Source of the DNA: Erysipelotrichaceae bacterium
GTDB lineage: Bacteria > Bacillota_I > Bacilli_A > Erysipelotrichales > Erysipelotrichaceae
DNA: 64,000 nucleotides
Direction of reading: 5' to 3'
Assembly (NCBI GenBank): GCA_022767445.1
Contig: JALENJ010000035.1
Span: forward strand, 33,932-97,931
In this document: in pieces, positions 8,856-18,132 of the stretch
Layout: each line of letters starts with the position of its first letter
Numbering within the stretch: position 1 is the first letter of the stretch
The notes under the pieces: generated by a model
Seen by the model: the letters and a program-made list of their open reading frames with translations, nothing else
What the model was told of the DNA's origin: nothing
The model's database searches: none
Translations under genes and position numbers: made by a program

Positions 8856-9629
8856 CTAAACTTTTGTAAGTAATTGATTACGTATTTCTTCTTTCCTGTT
8901 TGTATCTATTCCATACTCTTTTAAGAAGAATTCATCATAGCTAGAATACTGTTTTAGAATTCCATCTATCATCTCTTTACCCATAGCTTCATCTACTCCA
9001 GCTTCCATCACGATTCTTTGTTTGAGTGATGGATTTAATCGTATCTCATCATGATGTTTCTCTAGTGCTTGTTGGATTCTATCATGGTATGCAACATTTG
9101 ATTGTAAGTAATCGTGCATCATATCTTCGATAGATACACCTAGTAATTGATAAATTAATATAGCTAATGCCCCTGTTCTATCTTTCCCCGTTGCACAATG
9201 AAAGAGTAAAGGAAAGTTATCCATATCTTTCAATAGTTCCAACAAGAACATAAAACTTTCATTGCGGAACATCATATCTCGATATAGTTGATGCATATGT
9301 TCATGTAATACTGTAGGTGATGATTGATCATCGATGATCATCTTATGGATACCATATGGTGAAAAGTCGACACCTTCCCCATTTCGATCACGCATTCCAC
9401 TAACACGATATAGCTTGATTCCATCCATGATTGGATCAGGACTTTCATATGCTTCATAGGATGTTCTTAAATCAAATACAGTATGAATGCCTATTTGTTT
9501 TAGATGTTCAAGCTCATCTTCATTCATCCATCCAAGATAGCAACTACGATATAACAATCCTGTTTTCACAACTCTACCATCTTGTGTTTTTACTCCGCCT
9601 AAATCTCTAAAATTTGTAATTTCCCTCAT
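8856..9629 (-). CDS. CX5R phosphatase of the tyrosine/serine phosphatase-like family (PF13350-like)
   Basis: 257 aa. Active-site loop LLFHCATGKDRTGALA (CX5R followed by T/G). Confidence 0.7.
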   Translation of the reverse strand: MREITNFRDLGGVKTQDGRVVKTGLLYRSCYLGWMNEDELEHLKQIGIHTVFDLRTSYEAYESPDPIMDGIKLYRVSGMRDRNGEGVDFSPYGIHKMIIDDQSSPTVLHEHMHQLYRDMMFRNESFMFLLELLKDMDNFPLLFHCATGKDRTGALAILIYQLLGVSIEDMMHDYLQSNVAYHDRIQQALEKHHDEIRLNPSLKQRIVMEAGVDEAMGKEMIDGILKQYSSYDEFFLKEYGIDTNRKEEIRNQLLTKV

Positions 9630-9637
9630 GTCTACCT

Positions 9638-10564
9638 CTAGTAACTTGGTGTCATCTTTCCTTGCATTACAAATTCTTGTATACGTAGGATTTCCTTAAC
9701 ATCTAACATATGTCGTAGCAGTTCAGTCATCTGTGGTGAATTCGCTGCCGTAACAACAACCGCATTTGTATCATCGTTTTCATCAATCGATACTGTTTGA
9801 TAATTAATGTTGGTCATCTTATCGATGATTTCATCTTCATTCCAAACAGCCGCATCTATCTCACCTTTTTCAACCAAGTGTAATAGATTGCTAGATTCTA
9901 CTGGGATATACTTTACTTTCTTATCGCCACAGATTCTCTTTGTCATATCACTTTGATCGATAGAATCGCGATCGATACCTATCTTCATGTGATTCTTTAC
10001 TTCTTTAACCTTGCGATCATGGAAGAGAATCACATGCGATGAGCAGTATGTTTTCTCACCAAACTCACTGACAATCTCAATACTGTTTTGATGTGCCTTC
10101 ATGAATTCCTTTGCGGCGTATTTGGATACTACCGCAAAGTTATAACGATTCTCTAATACCATCGCAATTCGATTCTTCGCCCCTCGCATATAGGATAGTG
10201 TCATTGGAATTCCATGTTTATTTTCCATCGTGGTAATAATACCTGTCGCAAGACCTTCATACTTGCGTGAATATGGTAATGGCATTGCGCCTACCAATAA
10301 ATTAATCCCCGCAAGTTCTAATAGAATTTTGTCATTCTTACTAACAACATAAGAACCCAAATGTCCTTTACTTACGATTTCAATCGCATGATTGGCTTGT
10401 AGAGTTTTTAGTGCTGATTGTGCAGTTCCTCGAGATATTCCAAGCTTTTCACTTAACTCAGTAACTGTTGGTGTACGGTCGTCAACTTGATACTTTAAAA
10501 GTACGTTTGCAAGTCGCAATACAGCCAATCCATTTTTACTCATCAATTGATTTTTATAATCCAT
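9638..10564 (-). CDS. yhfZ: YhfZ-type transcriptional regulator (N-terminal winged HTH plus YhfZ C-terminal domain)
   Basis: 308 aa. HTH segment PTVTELSEKLGISRGTAQSALKTL. Length and position upstream of the yhf-type operon fit YhfZ. Confidence 0.6.
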   Translation of the reverse strand: MDYKNQLMSKNGLAVLRLANVLLKYQVDDRTPTVTELSEKLGISRGTAQSALKTLQANHAIEIVSKGHLGSYVVSKNDKILLELAGINLLVGAMPLPYSRKYEGLATGIITTMENKHGIPMTLSYMRGAKNRIAMVLENRYNFAVVSKYAAKEFMKAHQNSIEIVSEFGEKTYCSSHVILFHDRKVKEVKNHMKIGIDRDSIDQSDMTKRICGDKKVKYIPVESSNLLHLVEKGEIDAAVWNEDEIIDKMTNINYQTVSIDENDDTNAVVVTAANSPQMTELLRHMLDVKEILRIQEFVMQGKMTPSY

Positions 10565-10590
10565 GATTCAACCTCACGAAACTATTATAA

Positions 10591-10620
10591 AATGAATGTT
10601 CAGTTTTTTGAACATTCATT
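10591..10620 (-). terminator. 12-bp perfect palindrome: terminator of the LMW-PTP gene, overlapping the yhfZ promoter region
   Basis: aatgaatgttca (10591-10602) / tgaacattcatt (10609-10620). On the minus strand it is followed by TTTTATAAT, a T-run that doubles as a TATAAT -10 box about 20 nt before the yhfZ-like ATG. Confidence 0.55.
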
Positions 10621-11080
10621 ATTTAAGATATTCAAATAGAGCAATACATCCCTGATTGATCTCTTGATATGCTGTATCAAAGTCTCCACTGTACCAAGGA
10701 TCTGAAATACTCTTTGTGCTTCCTGTATATTCCAGTAACTTATGAATCTTGCGCTGTGGATCATATTGGAATACCGGTAACATATTTTGAATATTTCTAT
10801 CATCCATACCAATAATGAAATCATAATTATCATAATCACTACTTTGGATTTGTCTTGCATGTTTTCCATCGCAAGAGATTCCATGTTCCGCAAGTTTCTT
10901 CTTAGCAGCTGGATACACAGGATTTCCTACACCATTCCATATCTCTTCACTACTAGTTGCGGCAGACTCAATGTAGAAGTCATCATTCCTATGATTTCTA
11001 TTTACTATATCTTTCATGATAAATTCCGCCATTGGTGATCTACATATATTTCCATGACATACGAATAGTATTTTTATCAT
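10619..11080 (-). CDS. low-molecular-weight protein-tyrosine phosphatase
   Basis: 153 aa. N-terminal ILFVCHGNICRSPMAE (CX5R-S P-loop) and a DP loop in SISDPWYSG. Confidence 0.85.
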   Translation of the reverse strand: MIKILFVCHGNICRSPMAEFIMKDIVNRNHRNDDFYIESAATSSEEIWNGVGNPVYPAAKKKLAEHGISCDGKHARQIQSSDYDNYDFIIGMDDRNIQNMLPVFQYDPQRKIHKLLEYTGSTKSISDPWYSGDFDTAYQEINQGCIALFEYLK

Positions 11081-11210
11081 TATTTCTTAACCTCACATTT
11101 CTTAGTTCTATCTTGAAACTTGAAACAATCCATGTAAATTTTAGCTTTTTGATACTATAAAATCTAGTAGATATCATCAATGTATTAGTATGACTACACC
11201 ATAGTGATAT

Positions 11211-11234
11211 AAAAACTCTAGACCTAGTCTAGAG
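11211..11234 (-). terminator. rho-independent terminator after the flavin reductase gene
   Basis: Stem ctctagac (11216-11223) / gtctagag (11227-11234), with an A-run at 11211-11215 (T-run on the minus strand). Confidence 0.6.
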
Positions 11235-11242
11235 CTGTTGTA

Positions 11243-11794
11243 TTACTTTAGTTTTTGACCTTCTTTGAAGGCTGTACCAACTTTATCACCTAAAGCAACG
11301 TATTCATTGTTTGCTGGATCAAATGCGATTGGCTTTAGTTTCTTACGATCAATCTTGCCATCTGCTGTGGCTGATTCATCAATTGAAACGTTGACAATCT
11401 CACCGATGAGGATACCATCCTCAAAGCTTTTTACTGTGCATTCCAATGCCATTGGTAATTCATCAATCAATGGAGCATCCACAAATCCGCTCTTCGTCGC
11501 ATGGAAACCTGCTTTTTCGAATTTATCCTCTTCTTTTCTACCAGATACAAGTCCTACGTAATCGCAAGCAGCGACATAGTCTTCTGTTGCCATACTCACT
11601 GTAAATGCTTTACGTTTTTCTAGATTATCTGTTGTCTTATGGATACCTAAGCTAATTGAGATTTCTTTATAGTCCGTTGTAATACCCCACGCAGCATTCA
11701 TCGCATTTGGTTTTCCATTCTCATCATACGTTGCGATAATCAATACTGGTTGTGGTAACATAATTGGTTTTGCGCCGAAATTAATTCTTGTCAT
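11243..11794 (-). CDS. flavin reductase-like FMN-binding split-barrel protein
   Basis: 183 aa. The N-terminus (PIMLPQPVLIIATYDENGKPNAMNAAWG) is typical of the flavin reductase-like domain family. Confidence 0.65.
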   Translation of the reverse strand: MTRINFGAKPIMLPQPVLIIATYDENGKPNAMNAAWGITTDYKEISISLGIHKTTDNLEKRKAFTVSMATEDYVAACDYVGLVSGRKEEDKFEKAGFHATKSGFVDAPLIDELPMALECTVKSFEDGILIGEIVNVSIDESATADGKIDRKKLKPIAFDPANNEYVALGDKVGTAFKEGQKLK

Positions 11795-11875
11795 ACTTTT
11801 TACCTATTTTAGCAATCGAATTGCATGTCTATGATAACACATGTATTTGAATGTTTCATATAAAGGATGAATGAA

Positions 11876-12403
11876 CTATATCTTCACTTTGGTTCGGAAT
11901 CCTCTTGTAGAGTAGTAGGATTGTGTACCGTTGTAGTAGATAAATGTTCTGCCATGGCGTTTGTTGGCAAACAGTGCTTCGCCATGGTTGTAAAAATCAT
12001 CATCTGTCTTTAACCAACTTTGTGACTTGTTATCAAAGTCATCTAAGCTTTGTAGGTATAAATAATCTTGTTGGGTTAGTAGTTCTGCTTGGATTTGATT
12101 GAGCAGTGATTCTACAGAGTGATCTGGTTTATTTGTTTTACGTTTGTTTCTAGCTTTTTCATCGTAACAAACACTGCATCTTTGTTGTGGCATTTCTTTA
12201 CAACAATCGTAAAACCAAAAGGAATTACCTTCTTGTTTTACGACATCTGGTTGTCCACCTGTTTCTTCCATCGCAAGTAAAACATGCATGTATGGTGTTA
12301 CTTGCAATGCATGTTTAACATCTTGCCAGTCGACATTTTCATGTCGATGCATGTTTTGATGAAATCTTTGTTCAAGAATAGTTAATAGTTCATCTTTATT
12401 CAT
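11876..12403 (-). CDS. DUF4256-like protein
   Basis: 175 aa. The pattern RFHQNMHRHENVDWQDV...MEETGGQPDVV matches my memory of DUF4256. Function unknown. Confidence 0.5.
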   Translation of the reverse strand: MNKDELLTILEQRFHQNMHRHENVDWQDVKHALQVTPYMHVLLAMEETGGQPDVVKQEGNSFWFYDCCKEMPQQRCSVCYDEKARNKRKTNKPDHSVESLLNQIQAELLTQQDYLYLQSLDDFDNKSQSWLKTDDDFYNHGEALFANKRHGRTFIYYNGTQSYYSTRGFRTKVKI

Positions 12404-12406
12404 AGT

Positions 12407-13924
12407 CTATAGTTGTGCTGCAAACAGCTTAACGAATCCAAGGAATAATCTTTGGATAATATTGTGTCTAATGTCATCCTGTGCCATCTGATGTGATACT
12501 TTACAGGATTCAAGGTAGTCTTCTTTGACATCTAGTACTTTCTTAGAGTTGACAAGGCACGTACCATTTTCAAAGTGTAAGTATAGAGAACGATAATCTA
12601 GGTTGATGGTACCGACAGTAGCGATACGATCATCACTGACGAATACTTTTGCATGAACAAATCCTGGTGTATACTCATATATCTTTACCCCACCTTGGAT
12701 CAGATTGCGATAGAAGGAGCGTGTTAGATTCCATATGAGTTTCTTATCTGGAACACCTGGTGTCATAATGCGCACATCGACTCCTCGTTTAGCAGCTAGG
12801 ATAAGTGCGTTTTCTAATTCTGTGTCGATAATAAGATATGGTGTAATGATATATACATACTGATTTGCACGATTAAGTATATTCATATATACGCTTTGGC
12901 CTGTATTCTCATTATCAAATGGTGTTTCCCCGTATGCACAGATATATCCATCATGTTGTGTCGTTGGTTGATCTACTTTGAAGACGGTGTAATCTTCGTC
13001 TGTCTTACGAATTGCATTCCAGTTTGTTAAGAAGAGTACTGTATAGGACCAAACAGCTTGTCCTTTGATGCGGATGCAGTTATCTTTCCAATGACCGAAT
13101 ACTTCTTTTAGATTAATGTATTCATCTGCTAGATTTATACCACCAGAGAATGCGACCTTGCCATCAATCACCATGATCTTACGATGATCACGATGGTTCA
13201 TAACAGCGGAAACAAATGGACTGATGCGGTTAAAGCGTACGCACTTAATACCCTGCTCTTCTAACATATTGGCATAGCGAATTGGTAAGCTGTACATAGA
13301 ACCCATATCATCGTACATCACACGTACATCTAGACCTTGGGCAGCCTTCTCTTTGAGAATCTCATACATGCTATCCCAAAGTTGACCACGATCGATGATG
13401 AAGTATTCAAGGAAGATAAATTTCTCAGCCTTTCGCATCTCTTCCAACATGACTGGAAAACCCTCTTCACCTACTTTGTAGTAATCAAAATCAACGTTGC
13501 GATAGAAAGGGAATCCTTCTGTTTGACTTAGATAGTGGAAATCACCTTTTAAATCAGGAGTTTCCTCTATCATTTCGTTATATACTTCCGTATCTTGTTG
13601 ATAGTATTTTTTCGCATCCTGCGTAGATGCGACGATACTGCGAGTTGTCCTAGAGCCAAATAAATTCCCACCCAAAAATAAGAATATAAATGTTCCTGGA
13701 ATAGGAAATTATAATATCAAAATAATCCATATCATATCCGATGATAGATGACGTGAGTTATTAATGATTGAAACAACAGTAATAATACTCAATAAACGTA
13801 GAATCAATTCTATCCATGCAAAGTGTGCTGTAAAGTAGTTAAATAAGACGTAGATGATGAAAAACTCTATCAATGCGCCAACAGCTACGATGCCATACCT
13901 TACGATTCTCTCAAATATCTTCAT
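12407..13924 (-). pseudogene. cls: cardiolipin synthase (two HKD motifs) interrupted by one in-frame TAA at 13709-13711
   Basis: The N-terminal TM segment ORF (13712-13924, ...SSDMIWIILIL) and the catalytic ORF (12407-13675) are in the same frame. Reading through gives WIILIL*FPIPGTFIFLFLGGNLFG, a contiguous Cls N-terminus. HKD motifs are HRKIMVIDG and HAKVFVSDD. Confidence 0.8.
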
Positions 13925-14100
13925 AGTATATCCCCTTCTATATTTGATGTTATCAACTACAATATACTATCTGAAACGATGGATTTGTCTATTCATATAT
14001 TACGATGTATCCAAAATTCATACATTTTTTCTATCGAAAAGGTTGTAAAAAAGCCAATATTAAGAGAAAATTATATGCGGAATTGAAAGGAGCTAATCAA

Positions 14101-14658
14101 ATGATTCAATCAACAGAAATCAAACCAGGACAGTGTTTCGTATGGGAAGGCGAACTATATCAAGCTATCACAGTCGATCGTAACAAAACAGCTATGGCTA
14201 AGATGAAAGTCGCTGTTAAAGTTAAGAATCCAAAGACTGGTGTCGTAAAGGAACTAGGCTTAATTGGTTCTGACCGTGTAGAGGAAGCTTTCATCGATAA
14301 AAGAGAAATGCAATATCTATACAACGATGGAACAAACCTCATTTTCATGGATACAGAAACATATGAACAAATCGAAATCCCTGCTAGTCGATTAGATTGG
14401 GAAAAGAACTTCTTAAAGGAATCTTCTATGGTAAACATCCAAGTTTACAACGGAGAAATCTTAGGTGTTCAATTACCTGATAAGGTGCAACTACAAGTAA
14501 CTGAGTGTGAAGTTGCTGTTAAGGGTAACACAGCTACATCCGCAACAAAGAACGCAACTGTAGAGACAGGACTCAATGTTCGTGTTCCTCTATTCATCAA
14601 CGAGGGAGAAATGATTGAAATCTCCACTGCTGATGGTAAATATTCAGGACGTGCTTAA
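14101..14658 (+). CDS. efp: elongation factor P family protein with a non-canonical beta3-beta4 loop
   Basis: Start refined to MIQSTEIKPGQ, with AAAGGAG upstream. Central MQYLYNDGTNLIFMDTETYEQIE and C-terminal ATVETGLNVRVPLFINEG..GKYSGRA are classic EF-P blocks. Confidence 0.85.
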   Translation: MIQSTEIKPGQCFVWEGELYQAITVDRNKTAMAKMKVAVKVKNPKTGVVKELGLIGSDRVEEAFIDKREMQYLYNDGTNLIFMDTETYEQIEIPASRLDWEKNFLKESSMVNIQVYNGEILGVQLPDKVQLQVTECEVAVKGNTATSATKNATVETGLNVRVPLFINEGEMIEISTADGKYSGRA

Positions 14659-14666
14659 TCATTGAA

Positions 14667-14696
14667 GGGGCTGTTATGCGTTACAGCCCCTTTTTT
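14667..14696 (+). terminator. rho-independent terminator after efp
   Basis: GGGGCTGT (14667-14674) / ACAGCCCC (14683-14690) followed by TTTTTT. Confidence 0.8.
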
Positions 14697-14699
14697 ACT

Positions 14700-15869
14700 T
14701 TATAAGCACATCTTGAAGATATTGATAACGTCCTGTTGATCCAGTGGGACAAAGGCATGCTTAAGTCTATCATTTGCACAAGCAGAGCTTGCCATTGCCG
14801 CAAAGTTTGTTTCATCAATACCAACTTCATGCAATGTCATTGGAATGTTTTGTTGCGTGAAGAAGTCTTGTAATGCATGGATACCATCGAGTGCTAATTG
14901 ATGTTCATCTTGCCCCTCAAGATGCCATACATTCCTTGCAAATCTTGCAAGTCTACCTGTAATGGATGGATCTTTTTGTAGGATATATTCTAGCCATCTT
15001 GGTGTTAGAATAGCTAAGCCAACTCCATGTGTAATGTCATAGTATGCACTGAGTTCATGTTCCATCGCATGACATGGCCAACCTGTACTCTGCTTGCCAT
15101 ATTCAGGAATACCTGAACAGGCAACGGAAGAATTCCACATCAGATTTGCACGAGCTGTATAATTGCTAGGTTCTTTTAATGCGATTGGTAAATTCTTGAT
15201 GACTGACTTTAAGATACCCTCCTCAATTGCCTCAGATAAATCAAAATCATCCGTTCTTGAGAAGTAACCTTCCATGATATGACTCATAATGTCTGCTGAA
15301 CCTGCCGCTGTTTGATATGCAGATACAGAATAGGTATAGCTTGGATCACATATGGATACCTGTGGGAAGGTAAAGCTTCTGCCAATCTTTTTATTGAGTG
15401 CAAGATTGGTAATAACACCACCATCATCAAATTCAGAGCCAGTCGCAGCTAATGTCAAGATATCTACCATTGGTAATGCCTTTTTGTCTCCACGAGATTC
15501 TAATACCATCTGCCAATAATCATCACCTTCATAGTAAGCTCCAACAGCGATTGCCTTTGAACAATCTAGCGTACTGCCACCACCTATTGACAGGATGACA
15601 TCGATATGATGTTCCTTGCATAACTGTGCACCACGTGCTACTGTCTCAATACGTGGATTTGGTTCAATACCAGCACATTCCACAACTGTAAAGCCACCTT
15701 GGTTTAAAATATCCATAACTTGGTCATAGAGTCCTATCTTTTTGATAGAGCCTCCCCCATATGTCAATAATACTCTCTTACCATATTGATTTAAGCTTTC
15801 CACTAAATGTGAAATTGATCCTTTGCCAAAATAGAGTTTGGTTGGAATATAATGTTCAAAGCTTTCCAT
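14700..15869 (-). CDS. iron-containing (group III) alcohol dehydrogenase
   Basis: Start refined to MESFEHYIPTKLYFGKG with GGAGA upstream. LSIGGGSTLDCSKA is the Fe-ADH GGGS motif. His-rich metal site HAMEHELS...HGVG. Confidence 0.85.
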   Translation of the reverse strand: MESFEHYIPTKLYFGKGSISHLVESLNQYGKRVLLTYGGGSIKKIGLYDQVMDILNQGGFTVVECAGIEPNPRIETVARGAQLCKEHHIDVILSIGGGSTLDCSKAIAVGAYYEGDDYWQMVLESRGDKKALPMVDILTLAATGSEFDDGGVITNLALNKKIGRSFTFPQVSICDPSYTYSVSAYQTAAGSADIMSHIMEGYFSRTDDFDLSEAIEEGILKSVIKNLPIALKEPSNYTARANLMWNSSVACSGIPEYGKQSTGWPCHAMEHELSAYYDITHGVGLAILTPRWLEYILQKDPSITGRLARFARNVWHLEGQDEHQLALDGIHALQDFFTQQNIPMTLHEVGIDETNFAAMASSACANDRLKHAFVPLDQQDVINIFKMCL

Positions 15870-15904
15870 TGTATATTCTCCTTTTCTATAGTGATACAAA
15901 TCAA

Positions 15905-16474
15905 TTATTCAAAGTTTACTTTGTTGTTATCGAAGCTTTTGATTTTTGCAAGACTTTCGACACGATAGCCTTGTTTACGTAACTTCTCTCCACCACCTTG
16001 GAAGAGTTTTTCTACACAGACACCAAATCCCACAACCTTTGCGCCGCTTTGGTTTGCGATATCAATGAGGCCATCTGCTGCTAAACCATTTGCTAGGAAG
16101 TCATCGACAATTAAAATATGATCATCTTCGTTTAAGTAATCTTTGGATACTGTTACTGTAAAATCCTTGTTGTAAGTATAAGAATGTACGTGTGAGGTAT
16201 ATACACCATCCCCAATATTTTTAGATTTTGCCTTCTTTGCGAAAACAACTGGCACATGGAAACGTTGGGCAATTGGTACTGCAACCGCAATACCAGAGGC
16301 CTCAATCGTTAAGATACGTGTTATCTTTTCATCTTTATATGGACGGTAAAATTCATCTGCCATCTTATCAAGCATCTCAATATCGATTTGATGATTCAGA
16401 AAGCTATCTACCTTTAGAATGTTTCCTGGAAAAACCTTACCATCTTGTAATATCTTCTCTTCTAACTCTCTCAT
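15905..16474 (-). CDS. xpt: xanthine phosphoribosyltransferase
   Basis: 189 aa. The N-terminus (LEEKILQDGKVFPGNILKVDSFLNHQID) is typical of Xpt. PRPP motif ILIVDDFLANG. Confidence 0.85.
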   Translation of the reverse strand: MRELEEKILQDGKVFPGNILKVDSFLNHQIDIEMLDKMADEFYRPYKDEKITRILTIEASGIAVAVPIAQRFHVPVVFAKKAKSKNIGDGVYTSHVHSYTYNKDFTVTVSKDYLNEDDHILIVDDFLANGLAADGLIDIANQSGAKVVGFGVCVEKLFQGGGEKLRKQGYRVESLAKIKSFDNNKVNFE

Positions 16475-17967
16475 AGGTTATATAGTTTTGTATACTTCTC
16501 TTCAAGGTAATCTAAGTAGTAATTTACGTTAAATTCTTCTCCTGATACCATTTTCATTAGTTCTGGTGCTTCATATCTGAATCCATACTTATGGATATGT
16601 TCCTTAAGCCAGTTCATGATGACATCATATTGGTTATTGCTTAACAATGTATCAACATCTAAGTCTTTACGCATTGCATGCATGTATTGTGCCGCAAATG
16701 CAGTACCGAGTGCATAAGTTGGGAAGTAACCAAAGCTTCCATCTGACCAGTGTACATCTTGTAAAATACCCACTTTATCATTTGGTACATCAACACCCAA
16801 GTATTCTTTATACATTTTGTTCCAAGTCTCATTTAAGCCTTCTGTGGAGATTATTCCATTGAAGAGTCCCTTTTCAATTTCATAACGAACTAAGATATGT
16901 AATGGATACGTTAACTCGTCTGCCTCTGTACGAACAAAGGATGGTTTTGCGACGTTGATTGCTTCAGAAAATTCTTCTATTGATACATTGCCTAGCTGGG
17001 TTGGGAATGTTTCTTGAAGCTTTGGATAATGATATTTCCAGAAGGCTGTTGTACGTGCCAAATAGTTTTCGCACAATCTGGATTGTGATTCATGCATACC
17101 AGATGAAATTCCTTCGGATAGAATCATGCCATCATACTTAGGATCTACATTATGTTCATAGTATGCATGTCCTACTTCGTGAACTGTAGATAATACTGCT
17201 GAGACAACATCGTTGGTCACGTACTTCGTTGTCGTACGGCAATCATTTTCGCATGTCCATGATGTAAATGGATGTTCAGATTCATTCTGATATCCCCATG
17301 ATGAATCAAAGTGTAGATATGCAAGTAGTTGTATCATGAATTTCTTTTGATCTTCAATTGGGAATTCTTGATGCAAGAATGCTTCATTCTTTTGTTTTGC
17401 CTTTGTAACCTTTTGGATAAGTGGTACAAGTCTTTCCTTTAGTGCCGTAAAGAATACGTCGTACTTTTCTTGTGTCATTCCCGGTTCATAGTCATCAAGC
17501 ATTTGATCATATAAATTCTTATCGCTATTGCGATAGCGATACAGTTTCTTACTAACTTCGATAATCTTCTTCAAGTATGGTTCAAAGATAGAATAGTCGG
17601 ATTGTGACTTTGCCTTAATCCATGCATCAAAGGATTCATCGCGTAGCTTTTGGTATGCGACAAACTCTTCCTTTGGAATGCACATCGTATCCATTGCTTG
17701 CTTATAGTAAAGCTCTATCGCACGTTTGTTGTCACCATCAATCTGCGGGTCATCCTTTAATTCCTTTAAGAGCTGAATCATTGCTGGATCTGTTTCAATC
17801 GAGAACAATTCTCCTGCAAGATACGCGGAACGTTCATCACGATAAGCAGCTCCTGCGGATGGTGCGACTGTCTGTTTGTCTATACCAATGATTGCTAATG
17901 CCATCTGATATGCAGAACGGCGAAATATCCAATCTTTATATTGTTGTAGTTTCTCTTCGTATGTCAT
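16471..17967 (-). CDS. M32 carboxypeptidase (Taq-type metallocarboxypeptidase)
   Basis: Start refined to MTYEEK with GGAGGGG upstream. Motifs EHPFTSW, HEVGHAYYE (HEXXH) and GMHESQSRLCEN. Confidence 0.85.
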   Translation of the reverse strand: MTYEEKLQQYKDWIFRRSAYQMALAIIGIDKQTVAPSAGAAYRDERSAYLAGELFSIETDPAMIQLLKELKDDPQIDGDNKRAIELYYKQAMDTMCIPKEEFVAYQKLRDESFDAWIKAKSQSDYSIFEPYLKKIIEVSKKLYRYRNSDKNLYDQMLDDYEPGMTQEKYDVFFTALKERLVPLIQKVTKAKQKNEAFLHQEFPIEDQKKFMIQLLAYLHFDSSWGYQNESEHPFTSWTCENDCRTTTKYVTNDVVSAVLSTVHEVGHAYYEHNVDPKYDGMILSEGISSGMHESQSRLCENYLARTTAFWKYHYPKLQETFPTQLGNVSIEEFSEAINVAKPSFVRTEADELTYPLHILVRYEIEKGLFNGIISTEGLNETWNKMYKEYLGVDVPNDKVGILQDVHWSDGSFGYFPTYALGTAFAAQYMHAMRKDLDVDTLLSNNQYDVIMNWLKEHIHKYGFRYEAPELMKMVSGEEFNVNYYLDYLEEKYTKLYNL

Positions 17968-18101
17968 GATATTCCCCTCCATTTCATTGCGTTTATCATA
18001 TACCCAGCAACTATCTTATGGCACTTATAACGCAATGTTTGTTACTTACAGTATAGCCTAAAAATCTGATGAATCTGTATTATTTTCTTTCCAATTGGAA
18101 A

Positions 18102-18126
18102 GAAAAACAGGAGTTATAAACTCCTG
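18102..18126 (-). terminator. rho-independent terminator after the DUF438 gene
   Basis: caggag (18108-18113) / ctcctg (18121-18126), with an A-run at 18103-18107 (T-run on the minus strand). Confidence 0.55.
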
Positions 18127-18132
18127 ATTGGA

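Noticed and set aside
18086-18105. Second palindrome (ttctttccaattggaaagaa) next to the DUF438 terminator, as a separate regulatory element
   Set aside because: It lacks a T-run on either strand and lies in a 150-nt gap that already has a plausible terminator and promoter. There is insufficient evidence for an independent function.
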